Shown: positions 1-8,977 of the stretch, piece by piece | How the letters are laid out: each line of letters opens with the position of its first letter | How positions within the stretch are numbered: the first letter of the stretch is position 1 | Origin: Candidatus Woesearchaeota archaeon | GTDB taxonomy: Archaea > Nanobdellota > Nanobdellia > Pacearchaeales > GW2011-AR1 | Reading direction: 5' to 3' | Length of the DNA: 64,000 nucleotides | NCBI GenBank assembly: GCA_964490795.1 | Contig: CAZBDY010000001.1 | Location: 24,806 to 88,805 of the forward strand | Translations under genes and position numbers: made by a program | Notes under the pieces: generated by a model | Database searches by the model: none | What the model saw: only the letters and a program-made list of their open reading frames with translations | What the model was told of the DNA's origin: nothing

Positions 1-1114
1 TATATTTTTCTCTTTCCATTCTATAATCAAATAAAAGTGTTTCAGCTCTTTTATCTAAAAAATTAGTTAAACTTCCTCCCCCAGAAATAATAGCAGCAAA
101 ACCATTTAATAATTCTGATAATTTTTTACTTGATGTTTGACTGGCAGTATTTTTTAAAGAAGTAACCAAATCATAACCATAAACATTAACCTGATTAATA
201 AGTTTCATAATTTCTTTTTTTGTGTACTTGTATTCTTCTCCTATACTTATTATCTTGAAAATCTGGCTTGGTTCTATACCACTTCCAGCTATTGCCGACA
301 TATGAATAGTTAAAAAAGGAAGTTCCTGATTAATTCTTCCTTCTAAACTTTTAGCTTCAGCACTAGGATAAAAATAAAACATAAAAAATGTTAAAAAAGG
401 AAGAGCAAGAAAAATAGCAAAGTTAATAACTACTGACTGGAATGTAATTTCTGCCTGAGCTATAAATGATGAAGTAAAATTTAAAGATATAAAAAAACTA
501 GAAATAAAATATAATAAAGATATAAATCCTACAATAAGAGAGGTAAAAAAACTCATAGAGAGATAAGTAGTAAGCAAATAAGGCATATTAGCTTTTCTTA
601 AATTAAGATTAAGTTTTTTAAAATACCCGTTTTTTTCAAAAGTATTTGAAGTTTTGAAAAAAAATTTATTTGAAATTATAGCATATAAACTTGGTTTTTT
701 AAATCCCCCTTTTTCCTTTTTTTCCTTCTTTTTAACTTGTTTTTTCAATCTCTTTAAACTGTCTTCGTGTATTCTTAAATTTTCTAAAAAATCATCTCTG
801 TCTTTCAACTTAATTGTTACCTTTTCTTCTTCTCCTCCTTTTGGTTTATGTGAAAGGCTCATTAAATTTTTAGCATTTTCTTGTTTTTCACCTATTTTTT
901 TATATTGAGAAATGTTTCCTAATAATTCAAGGACAGCATCATTAATAATCTCTAACTTTTTTAAAGAAGCATTTAGCGAATTTTCCAACATTCTTATTTC
1001 ATTTTCTTTTCCTGGCATATTTTTGAAATCTTCTAACTGATTTTTAAAAATATTAATTTCATCAATAATTTTTCTTTCTTTTTCTATATTTTCTTTTAGA
1101 TTTTTAATTGCCAT
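1..1114 (-). CDS. FlaJ/TadC-like polytopic membrane protein (T2SS-F domain), 5' complete, runs off window start
   Basis: Hand translation of the minus strand from ATG at 1112-1114 gives an uninterrupted ORF to position 1 (MAIKNLKENIEKERK...LPFLTIHMSAIAGSGIEPSQIF...). It has a charged cytoplasmic N-domain followed by TM helices and lies immediately downstream of the FlaI-like ATPase. The ORF track omits it because no stop falls inside the window. Confidence 0.5.
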   Translation of the reverse strand, partial: MAIKNLKENIEKERKIIDEINIFKNQLEDFKNMPGKENEIRMLENSLNASLKKLEIINDAVLELLGNISQYKKIGEKQENAKNLMSLSHKPKGGEEEKVTIKLKDRDDFLENLRIHEDSLKRLKKQVKKKEKKEKGGFKKPSLYAIISNKFFFKTSNTFEKNGYFKKLNLNLRKANMPYLLTTYLSMSFFTSLIVGFISLLYFISSFFISLNFTSSFIAQAEITFQSVVINFAIFLALPFLTFFMFYFYPSAEAKSLEGRINQELPFLTIHMSAIAGSGIEPSQIFKIISIGEEYKYTKKEIMKLINQVNVYGYDLVTSLKNTASQTSSKKLSELLNGFAAIISGGGSLTNFLDKRAETLLFDYRMEREKY

Positions 1115-1355
1115 TTTATTTTTTTAATTTATATATAGTATCAGAAATTCTTTTTTGATGGTTTAACATCTCTTGTTTAATCTCCTTTACTTTTTTTACT
1201 CTTCCTTTTTTCAGAGCTTTTTCTAGTTTGTTAGACTCAGTTTTTATCATCTCCACCTGTTTTTTCAGAAAATTAATTTCTTCTTGCTTCATTTTTACCT
1301 CTTTTTAGAAGATACTCTATATAATATAAAGAGAACTAATTTAAAAAGTTTTGTT

Positions 1356-2879
1356 TTAAGACAGATTATATTTACTTAAAACATATTTTGGGTTTTTGTA
1401 GTACTCATTAATTTCGCTTTGAACTTTTTCAAAATCAAAAATTTTCCCTTTTAGCCATATATTTAATAGTTTTGTCCTTATACTAAACTCTTTCAAAAGC
1501 TCTTCTCTTGTTAATCCATATCTAGAAGAAATTTTATTAAATACTTTACTATCTTTTTTAAAATAAAATCTGTCTTCTCCAGGATTCCAGATAAAAGGAG
1601 TATTAGTTAGAGCAACACCATCTGGATCTACTTTAACAACTTCAACAATACTTGATAATCTTCTTGTCTGCTTTTTATTAACTATTGCATGTCTCATAAT
1701 AGCAACAGCGTCCAAGGTATTAACTAAGGTAGGAGAGAGTTCAATAGGAGGAGTTTCTAATCTTTTTACCACAGTATCAACTGAATCAGCATGCATAGTT
1801 GAAATAGAGGCATGTCCAGAAGCCATTCCCTGAAACAAAACAAAAGCTTCTTTTCCTCTTACCTCTCCAACTATCACATAATCTGGATTTTGCCTAAAAG
1901 AATTTTTTAATAAAGAAAATAAATCCACTTCTCCTGTTTTTCCAACTCCAATAGATGTTCTTGCTACACTCGGCAACCAGTTTTCTCTTGCTAAATTTAA
2001 TTCTCTCGTATCTTCAATTGATACAACTCTGTCTTCAGGAGGTATAAAAAAAGAGACAGCATTTAGCAAGGTTGTTTTTCCAGAAGCAGTTCCTCCGGTA
2101 ATTAAGATATTTGCCTTATATTCAATTAATATCCAAAAATAAGCCAGCATTTCAGGAGACAAAGTATTAAATTCAATTAATTGAGGAGGAGTCCAGGGAA
2201 CTCTGGTAAATTTTCTTATAGTAAAAGTCGGACCTCTGCTAGTAATGTCTTTTGTATATGAAGCATTAACTCTTGAACCATCAGGCAAACTACCATCCAG
2301 TAATGGAGAAGCATAAGAAATATATTTGCCACATCTTTGGGCAAGTTTTTCAACAAAACTAGATAATGCATCTAGGTCTTTATAAACAATATTTGTCTTC
2401 ATATTTCTATATGTTCTATGAATAATATAAACAGGAGTATCTGTACCATTACACTCAATATCCTCAATAAAAAAATCTCTTAATAAAGGTTCAGCTTCAT
2501 TTAACCCAATGAAATCTCTAAAAAGATAATAAAATATCTTTCTGTATGACTCCTCACTTATTTTTAAATTTAATTCAGAAATCAACAAGTTTGCTGTTTT
2601 GTCAATATAATCAATCTTTCCTTTTGTTGTTTTTTCTATTAAAACATTAATATTTACAACCTCTCTCATATCTTTTTCTAGTGTTTTTAATATTTGTTTT
2701 TCATTATTATCTAAAACCGGCTCTTCTAAATCATAAACCAACTCATTTTCCTTTTTATCCCAATAAATATGAGCATAAGCATAAGGAGGTAATAAAGCAT
2801 ATCTAACATTAACTTTTGTTTTATCTCCTAATTTTGGAAGTGCAGGAATACTTGGCTTTAAATTAATTTGAATATTCAT
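1356..2879 (-). CDS. FlaI/VirB11-family secretion ATPase (archaeal pilus/archaellum assembly ATPase)
   Basis: Walker A GGTASGKTT, Asp box and His box are typical of the GspE/FlaI family; 507 aa; sits in the pilin/FlaJ locus. Confidence 0.8.
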   Translation of the reverse strand: MNIQINLKPSIPALPKLGDKTKVNVRYALLPPYAYAHIYWDKKENELVYDLEEPVLDNNEKQILKTLEKDMREVVNINVLIEKTTKGKIDYIDKTANLLISELNLKISEESYRKIFYYLFRDFIGLNEAEPLLRDFFIEDIECNGTDTPVYIIHRTYRNMKTNIVYKDLDALSSFVEKLAQRCGKYISYASPLLDGSLPDGSRVNASYTKDITSRGPTFTIRKFTRVPWTPPQLIEFNTLSPEMLAYFWILIEYKANILITGGTASGKTTLLNAVSFFIPPEDRVVSIEDTRELNLARENWLPSVARTSIGVGKTGEVDLFSLLKNSFRQNPDYVIVGEVRGKEAFVLFQGMASGHASISTMHADSVDTVVKRLETPPIELSPTLVNTLDAVAIMRHAIVNKKQTRRLSSIVEVVKVDPDGVALTNTPFIWNPGEDRFYFKKDSKVFNKISSRYGLTREELLKEFSIRTKLLNIWLKGKIFDFEKVQSEINEYYKNPKYVLSKYNLS

Positions 2880-2927
2880 GTTATCCTCTTTTTATTTAAA
2901 ACACAAAAGCAATATTTAAATCTTGCC

Positions 2928-3461
2928 TTAATTAACTGAAGAAAAATCTATATTTATTGAATCTCCTATCTTGCCTTTATTTATAATATTTATTTTATAA
3001 GGGGTTGGTGTTGGCTGAAATATTTTTTCTTGTTCTTTATTATTCCAGGTTATATTTTCTGTGTAATTAAGAATAAAACTAACTTCAAATATTTCACCTT
3101 TTTGTTTTGTTAAAGATTTAATTTTTCCAATTTCTACACTCTCATTTAACTCACTATACTGATGATTGCTATCCATAAAAAATTTAATAGAATTATTTTT
3201 AGAATTAATCATAAGTGTTCCTTTTTTTGTCTGAAATTCAATATTTCTTGAATTTCCTGCACCATAAAAAACAACATCTCTTATCTGGTTTTCAAAATTT
3301 TTAATCATATTTAAACTTTGTTCTAATATTATTTTATCTTGTCTCTCTTTTATTTCAGGTGTAAGAAAAGCTAATAAGACACCAATTATAGCTAATCCTA
3401 TTAAGGTGTAAATTACAGTTTCTATCCATATTTGTGATTTTTTGCTCCTTGTTTTTTTCAT
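2928..3461 (-). CDS. N-terminally membrane-anchored pilin-like/secreted protein
   Basis: The likely start is the internal Met (MKKTRSKKSQIWIETVIYTLIGLAIIGVLL); the track's 5' extension overlaps the next pilin gene. Single N-terminal hydrophobic helix, in the pilin cluster. Confidence 0.35.
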   Translation of the reverse strand: MKKTRSKKSQIWIETVIYTLIGLAIIGVLLAFLTPEIKERQDKIILEQSLNMIKNFENQIRDVVFYGAGNSRNIEFQTKKGTLMINSKNNSIKFFMDSNHQYSELNESVEIGKIKSLTKQKGEIFEVSFILNYTENITWNNKEQEKIFQPTPTPYKINIINKGKIGDSINIDFSSVN

Positions 3462-3462
3462 T

Positions 3463-3948
3463 TTAACATTGAGGAAGATTATAGCTTTCAGATTCACATA
3501 ACTCTTCATTTTGTTTAATTACAGCTATTTCTGCCTTTTCTCCTGATTTATTAAAAATATAAGTTTTTGATTCACCAGGCAAAGGTAAAACTATATTTTC
3601 AACTTTTTCTCCATTTTTATTTAACATTTTAACTTCATCCACTCTTCCTGAAATTAAATCAAATCTCTTTGAACTTCCTTCAGAAACAATACTAACTGCA
3701 ATTCCTTTTATAGTTATATTATCAATTTTTCTTTTTAACATTAATTTCACTTCAGTATCAGAATAACAAGAAAATTCATTTGAGTCTATAACAGAGATAT
3801 ATTCTCTTAATTCAAAACAACTTTTTCCTTGTTCTAAATTTTCTTTTACTAAAGGGATAATAAAATTAGCTACAGTTACAACTGCAATAACAGTTATTAA
3901 AACAAGAAGTATAGTTGCAACAACCGGACTTATCCCTTTTTTCTTCAT
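3463..3948 (-). CDS. archaeal type IV pilin (class III signal peptide)
   Basis: MKKKG|ISPVVATILLVLITVIAVV matches the prepilin peptidase (PibD/FlaK) site followed by a hydrophobic helix. Confidence 0.7.
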   Translation of the reverse strand: MKKKGISPVVATILLVLITVIAVVTVANFIIPLVKENLEQGKSCFELREYISVIDSNEFSCYSDTEVKLMLKRKIDNITIKGIAVSIVSEGSSKRFDLISGRVDEVKMLNKNGEKVENIVLPLPGESKTYIFNKSGEKAEIAVIKQNEELCESESYNLPQC

Positions 3949-3953
3949 TTTAA

Positions 3954-4379
3954 TTAATTAGCTATAAAGCTATTTTTACAAGTATAAACTTTTTTTGAGT
4001 TTTCACCTTGTCCTAATATTTTAGGAAATATTTCAATTCTATTATATTCCTCGCCTATATGTTTATTAAAAGTTTTTCCAGAAGTAATTGGTTCATTAGA
4101 AAAACTTTCAGTTTCACTTCCTCCAGAATATTCTTTATTTACTTCAAAACCATACATAGGGATATTTCCATTATTAATTATTTCTAAATCTCCACTAGAA
4201 GAAGAGTATGATGCCTGTAAGTTTATTTCATCACAAGCCTGATCAGCAGACATACCTTTTTTTTGTATTGATTCCTGGATAAAACCTTTTGCCCATAAAA
4301 ATACAATTAAAGCAAGTATAATAACTATAGCTATTAATAATATAGTTGCAACAACCGGACTTATCCCTTTTTTCTTCAT
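3954..4379 (-). CDS. archaeal type IV pilin paralog
   Basis: N-terminus identical to the preceding pilin (MKKKGISPVVATILL); the first ~45 nt of the gene plus its upstream region are repeated verbatim at 3921-3960 and 4352-4391. Confidence 0.7.
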   Translation of the reverse strand: MKKKGISPVVATILLIAIVIILALIVFLWAKGFIQESIQKKGMSADQACDEINLQASYSSSSGDLEIINNGNIPMYGFEVNKEYSGGSETESFSNEPITSGKTFNKHIGEEYNRIEIFPKILGQGENSKKVYTCKNSFIAN

Positions 4380-4416
4380 TTTAATTAATTTAACCTATAC
4401 TAATTTAAAAACCTTA

Positions 4417-4896
4417 CTAACAATCTTCTAATCTTTGATTTATTATTGATTTATCACATAATAAGCCATCTATAACTGGAACAATTTCAATTCTTTTTAA
4501 AGTGTTTCCATTATTAAGACATTTATCATAACTTTTTTCAATTTCTGCCTTTTCTCCTGTTTTTAAACTACCTCTTCCCTGAATAAAAGCATGATAATTG
4601 AAATCTCCATCATCTGTTATTACACAAGAAATTAATCCCTCTGACTGAGTAGAAACCCTGATAATAACTCCTTCAATATCAAACAACCCTTTATTTTTAA
4701 GATTTAAAGTTATATTTTTTTTGTTAATATCACAAGAATAATCATCAATAATTATAGAAACATCTTTAGGACATTTTTCAACCTGTCCTGGTAACTGTCC
4801 TTTCATCCAATTATAAACTAATACACTTAAAGATATTGCTATAACTACTAATAAAACATAAGCAATAATTTCACTTAAACCTTTTTTTGATTTCAT
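4417..4896 (-). CDS. archaeal type IV pilin-like protein
   Basis: MKSKKG|LSEIIAYVLLVVIAISL is a class III signal-like N-terminus. Confidence 0.6.
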   Translation of the reverse strand: MKSKKGLSEIIAYVLLVVIAISLSVLVYNWMKGQLPGQVEKCPKDVSIIIDDYSCDINKKNITLNLKNKGLFDIEGVIIRVSTQSEGLISCVITDDGDFNYHAFIQGRGSLKTGEKAEIEKSYDKCLNNGNTLKRIEIVPVIDGLLCDKSIINQRLEDC

Positions 4897-4898
4897 TT

Positions 4899-5480
4899 TT
4901 AATCATTATTTTTATCTTCTTTATTATCATCTCCTAAAGATGGAGGTAGCTCTTTTTCGCTTTCCTGAGTTGATACTAACCCCTCTGAACTTATTACAAA
5001 AAAGAAATTTTCATTTGGGGTTAATTTAAATTCATAAGTTTGTTCTTTAAAAGTTATCTCAACCTTGTTTCCATCTATATCATCAGTTATATCTTCTTCT
5101 GTCTTCTCTCCTTTAGAAATTATATATTCTGTATTAAAAATACTAATTGTTCCTGCATCTGTTTGAGTGAATGTTATTAATGTAAGATTTTTTTTATTCC
5201 CATATATAAAAATCCAGTCTTCAACTATATCTCCCTGAGTATAATTATAATACTCGTTTGTCCAGTTATTGATAAGTTCATTTTGATCTTTCTGATTATA
5301 AACCCCATAATCATAAACTCTTCCTGTCTCTAAGTCAAATTCTTCTCCTAAATCATAAATTCTTGTTCCTTGTTTTTCTGTACGAGCATAATTTTGAATT
5401 ACAAAAAATCCAACTATAATTGAAATGATTATAATGGCAACTATTAAATAAAATTGTCCTCTTTTTCCTCTTTTTATCAT
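4899..5480 (-). CDS. pilin-like protein (N-terminal TM, possible class III signal RG|QFYLIVAIII)
   Basis: The likely start is the internal Met MIKRGKRGQFYLIVAIIIISIIV; the track start at 5531 would abut the SRP RNA 3' end. Confidence 0.4.
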   Translation of the reverse strand: MIKRGKRGQFYLIVAIIIISIIVGFFVIQNYARTEKQGTRIYDLGEEFDLETGRVYDYGVYNQKDQNELINNWTNEYYNYTQGDIVEDWIFIYGNKKNLTLITFTQTDAGTISIFNTEYIISKGEKTEEDITDDIDGNKVEITFKEQTYEFKLTPNENFFFVISSEGLVSTQESEKELPPSLGDDNKEDKNND

Positions 5481-5536
5481 ATATAAAAAAGAAAATACTT
5501 GTTTAAATATGTTTTGAATAGTATTTAACAAAAAAT

Positions 5537-5793
5537 GCAGACCCAGGGTTTGCTCAAAACCGACTGATTAGTTTCAACAGGCATCCTCAGTTTTGCTACC
5601 CTGAAAGCACCTTAATCCTTAATTAGGGCTGCTCCGATCAAGGCCTGACCCGATTCATAAGGGCAAGGTCAAACAGGACAAAACTTCAACGTTATCCTGA
5701 TGTCTTTATCAACCAGTTTATCACTTGCCCCTTTAAGCCTGCCATAAAGCCCTATTTGCAAATAGCAGAGGGCTAACCTGCCAGCTTGTCTGC
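5537..5793 (-). ncRNA. signal recognition particle RNA (7S/SRP RNA)
   Basis: A GC-enriched ~290 bp ORF-free gap between two minus-strand genes. The 5' end GCAGAC(AAGCUGG) pairs with the 3' end (CCCUGGGU)CUGC, followed by a U-run (plus 5531-5536). The internal GGGUCAGGCC...GGAGCAGCC resembles the conserved helix-8 motif of SRP RNA (E. coli 4.5S GGUCAGGUCC..GGAAGCAGCC). An AT-rich TATA-like cttttaaa lies ~25 nt upstream. Confidence 0.6.
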
Positions 5794-5795
5794 TT

Positions 5796-5830
5796 AAAAT
5801 CAAGAATTTGTTAGTTTAAAAGGTTTATTA
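5796..5830 (-). promoter_or_regulatory. putative archaeal TATA/BRE promoter for SRP RNA
   Basis: The element ccttttaaact lies ~20-27 nt upstream of the predicted RNA 5' end. Confidence 0.25.
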
Positions 5831-6718
5831 TTTTACTTTCCTTTTTTTAATAGTATAAACTATTAATGTAGAAATAAATGTTAGAACAACAAAAATAATC
5901 GGTATTGTTACTTTTCCTCTTCCTCCTCCAATTATAGCTCCTGTGATTGATGATAAGAAACCCTTATTTTCATCTTGAGATTCATTATTTTCTATTTCAG
6001 GATTACTTGATTTATTATTTTCTTCTTTCCCATTATTTTCCAAACCTAATGTTTGGAAACCTGTCCCATCATCATTGTTATCATCATTATTATTCCCTCC
6101 ACCTCCTCCAGGATTAGCAGGGGTATTTATTGTAAATATAGGTTTATCTTTTGATTCAAATGTTTCCCCACCTATAATTGCTTTTAATTGGGAAACATAA
6201 CCTCCTTTTTGATAGTTTGTTGTGTCAAGAACTATCTCATATAAATAATATAATTTTTTTCCTCCCTGTCCATATCCATACCCATATCCATATCCATAAC
6301 CAAAATCATAACCATAGCCAAATTCAGAATCATAACCATATCCATACCCATAACCCTTTTCATTTTCATCAGGAAAATTAATTGGGGTGATTGTCATATC
6401 TTCACATCCTTGTAAAGGATTATTTCCATTAAGATTAAATATACAAGTAGAAGAGGTAGGACCTTTAATTTCTAAAGTTAAATTTTTGGCAGGAAGATAC
6501 TTATCCATACTTTCAATTTCTAAACTTGCATTAAAAGTAACTTTTTCTCCTTTTATAAGAGAATTATTATCAATAGTCAACCCAAGAATAAATGCTTGTA
6601 CAGGGCCAGCAAAAATAAGCAAACTAATTATAAATAAAGTTAAAATTCCTGCAATTATTCTTGTCTTTTTTAGATTCATATTATTTACAAATTTTTCAAG
6701 GTTTTTAATGATTTTCAT
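5828..6718 (-). CDS. secreted Gly-Tyr repeat protein with C-terminal TM anchor
   Basis: N-terminal signal/TM; low-complexity block GYGYGYDSEFGYGYDFGYGYGYGYGYGQGG and G/N/D-rich stretches; C-terminal hydrophobic helix followed by KKRKVK. Confidence 0.5.
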   Translation of the reverse strand: MKIIKNLEKFVNNMNLKKTRIIAGILTLFIISLLIFAGPVQAFILGLTIDNNSLIKGEKVTFNASLEIESMDKYLPAKNLTLEIKGPTSSTCIFNLNGNNPLQGCEDMTITPINFPDENEKGYGYGYGYDSEFGYGYDFGYGYGYGYGYGQGGKKLYYLYEIVLDTTNYQKGGYVSQLKAIIGGETFESKDKPIFTINTPANPGGGGGNNNDDNNDDGTGFQTLGLENNGKEENNKSSNPEIENNESQDENKGFLSSITGAIIGGGRGKVTIPIIFVVLTFISTLIVYTIKKRKVK

Positions 6719-6855
6719 ACTCTAAAGTATACTTTTTTCTTATATAAAATTGAGAATATACTTTATAAATCTTTTTATTATGTTATTACTTTTATATTAC
6801 TACAAAATAATAACTTTTATAAACTTCAAATATACTTAAGTATAGTAAACAATAG

Positions 6856-7821
6856 ATGAATATGAGAAAAATGGAAAATAAAATTAAAGTTTATTATTCA
6901 GTTGTAATTCCGGTTTATAATGAACAAGGAAATGTTAAGAGATTAAACCAGGAAATAAAACAAGTTATGCATAAATTAGGAAAAACTTATGAAGTTATTT
7001 ATATAAATGACGGTTCTTCTGACAATACTTTAAATGAGTTAAAATCTCTAAAAAAAGTAAAAATTATTGATTTAAATAGAAATTTTGGTCAGTCAACAGC
7101 TTTAGATGCTGGTTTTAAAGAGTCAAGAGGAGAGATAATTATTTCTTTGGATGGGGATTTACAAAATGACCCTAATGATATCCCAAAATTAATTGAAAAG
7201 CTTGAAAAAGAAAATCTTGATGTAGTATCTGGATGGAGAAAAAAAAGAAAAGACAAGACAGGAATTAAGATTCTTACAAAAATGGGGAGAATTTTAAGAA
7301 AGATTTTAATTAAAGATAATGTTCATGATACTGGATGTACATTAAGAGTTTATAAAAGAGAAGCTATCAAAAGTCTGGATATTACAGGAGAGATGCACAG
7401 ATATATTCTCGCATTATTAAGATGGAAAGGATTTAAGGTGGGAGAGGTTGTTGTAAATCATAGAAAAAGAGAGAATGGTAAAACAAAATATGGGTATAAA
7501 AAGGCAGTAAGAGGGTTTGTGGATTTAATTTATATGTGGTTTATAAATAAGTATTCTCAGAGACCCCTGCATATTTTTGGTTCATTAGGAATTTCTGTAT
7601 TTTCCTTAGGAATTTTATCTGGATTATTTTCTCTTTACAGAAAAGTTTTCCTAAATTTAAGCTTAAACAGAGATGGTTGGTTTTTCTTAACTTTTTTCCT
7701 TATAATAACTGGAGTTATCTTTTTTAGTTTCGGGATAGTTATTGATTTATTAATGAAGATTCATCTAAATTCTTCTCCTTATGAAAAAAGATATTATATC
7801 AGAGAGGTTTTAGTTAGGTAA
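6856..7821 (+). CDS. GT2 glycosyltransferase (dolichyl-phosphate sugar synthase-like) with C-terminal TM helices
   Basis: VVIPVYNE, DGSSDNT and DGDLQ motifs typical of the DPM1/ArnC-like GT-A fold. Confidence 0.7.
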   Translation: MNMRKMENKIKVYYSVVIPVYNEQGNVKRLNQEIKQVMHKLGKTYEVIYINDGSSDNTLNELKSLKKVKIIDLNRNFGQSTALDAGFKESRGEIIISLDGDLQNDPNDIPKLIEKLEKENLDVVSGWRKKRKDKTGIKILTKMGRILRKILIKDNVHDTGCTLRVYKREAIKSLDITGEMHRYILALLRWKGFKVGEVVVNHRKRENGKTKYGYKKAVRGFVDLIYMWFINKYSQRPLHIFGSLGISVFSLGILSGLFSLYRKVFLNLSLNRDGWFFLTFFLIITGVIFFSFGIVIDLLMKIHLNSSPYEKRYYIREVLVR

Positions 7822-7822
7822 A

Positions 7823-8977
7823 ATGAGAATTAATAAAAAGAAAAGAATTCTTATGTTAAATTATGAGTTTCCTCCTTTGGGGGGTGGAGGAGGAGTGGCT
7901 GCAAAAAAATTAGCAAAAGGGTTTATTAAAAGAGGTTATGAAGTTGATTATTTAACAACAGGATTTAAAGAATTAAAAGAATTTGAAAAAGTAGACAGAA
8001 TAAATGTTTATAGGGTTAAAGTTATCGGAAGAAAAGAACTTCCAACAGCTACAATGGCTTCTCTTTTATCTTTTCCTGTAATGGCTTATAAAAAAGCATG
8101 CGAATTATGTGAAAAAAACAAGTATAAATTTATAATAACTCAATTTGCAGTTCCTTCAGGACTTTTAGGAGTAAAATTGTCTAAAAAATATAACATAAAA
8201 CAGATACTTTCTTTACAAGGAGGAGATATTTATGATCCCACTAAAAAAAACTCTCCCCATAATAAATGGTATTTAAGAAAAGTGGTTAAGAGGGTTTTAA
8301 ATAATTCAGATGTTGTTACAGCTCATTCTTCTAATACAAGAAAGAATACTATAAAGTATTATCATCCAGACAAAAGAATTAAGATAATTTCCATACCTTA
8401 TGAACCAGTAAAATTTAGAAAAATTTCAAGAGAAAAGTTAGGATTGCAAGAAAATAATATTTATTTAGTGGGAGTAGGAAGACTTGTTAAAAGAAAAGGG
8501 TTTCATTTTTTAATAAAAAGTTTAGCAAGATTAAGTAATAAAAAAGTCTATGCTATAATAATTGGTGAAGGTCCAGAGAAACAAAATCTAAAAGAGTTAG
8601 CAAAAAGATTAAAGGTATCAAAACAAATACATTTCATAGGATTTGTATCTGAAGAAAAAAAGTTCCAATATTTGTCAAACTCAGACATATATGTTCTTTC
8701 ATCTGTGCATGAAGGTTTTGGAATAGTATTGCAGGAAGCAATGCAAGTTGGATTACCAATAATTGCAACAAATAACGGGGGACAAGTTGATTTGGTTGAA
8801 AATAATAAAAACGGTTTTCTTATAAAATTTGATGACAAAAATGCAATGAGGAAATCTATTGAAAAATTGATAAATGATAGGAGATTAAGAAGTAAAATGA
8901 AAAAGAACAATTTAAGAAAAGTTAAGGAGTTTGAGCTGGGGAAAATAGTTAAACAATATGAGAGGTTGTTGAGATGA
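7823..8977 (+). CDS. GT4-family glycosyltransferase
   Basis: The C-terminal motif EGFGIVLQEAMQVGLPIIATNNGG...NGFL is the GT-B (GT4) signature. Confidence 0.7.
   Translation: MRINKKKRILMLNYEFPPLGGGGGVAAKKLAKGFIKRGYEVDYLTTGFKELKEFEKVDRINVYRVKVIGRKELPTATMASLLSFPVMAYKKACELCEKNKYKFIITQFAVPSGLLGVKLSKKYNIKQILSLQGGDIYDPTKKNSPHNKWYLRKVVKRVLNNSDVVTAHSSNTRKNTIKYYHPDKRIKIISIPYEPVKFRKISREKLGLQENNIYLVGVGRLVKRKGFHFLIKSLARLSNKKVYAIIIGEGPEKQNLKELAKRLKVSKQIHFIGFVSEEKKFQYLSNSDIYVLSSVHEGFGIVLQEAMQVGLPIIATNNGGQVDLVENNKNGFLIKFDDKNAMRKSIEKLINDRRLRSKMKKNNLRKVKEFELGKIVKQYERLLR

Noticed and set aside
654-908. 84 aa plus-strand ORF
   Set aside because: It lies inside the minus-strand FlaJ/TadC-like ORF, which reads cleanly for over 370 codons, so it is an antisense shadow.
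6600-6718. Possible PGF-CTERM signal at the C-terminus of the GY-repeat protein
   Set aside because: The tail reads VTIPIIFVVL...KKRKVK with no PGF/PEF tripeptide, so it is called a generic C-terminal TM anchor.
6178-6725. Plus-strand ORFs 6178..6381 (His/Asn-rich) and 6387..6725 inside the GY-repeat protein gene
   Set aside because: They lie antisense to a gene with signal peptide and TM anchor. The HxH repeats are simply the reverse-complement reading of the GY codon repeats.
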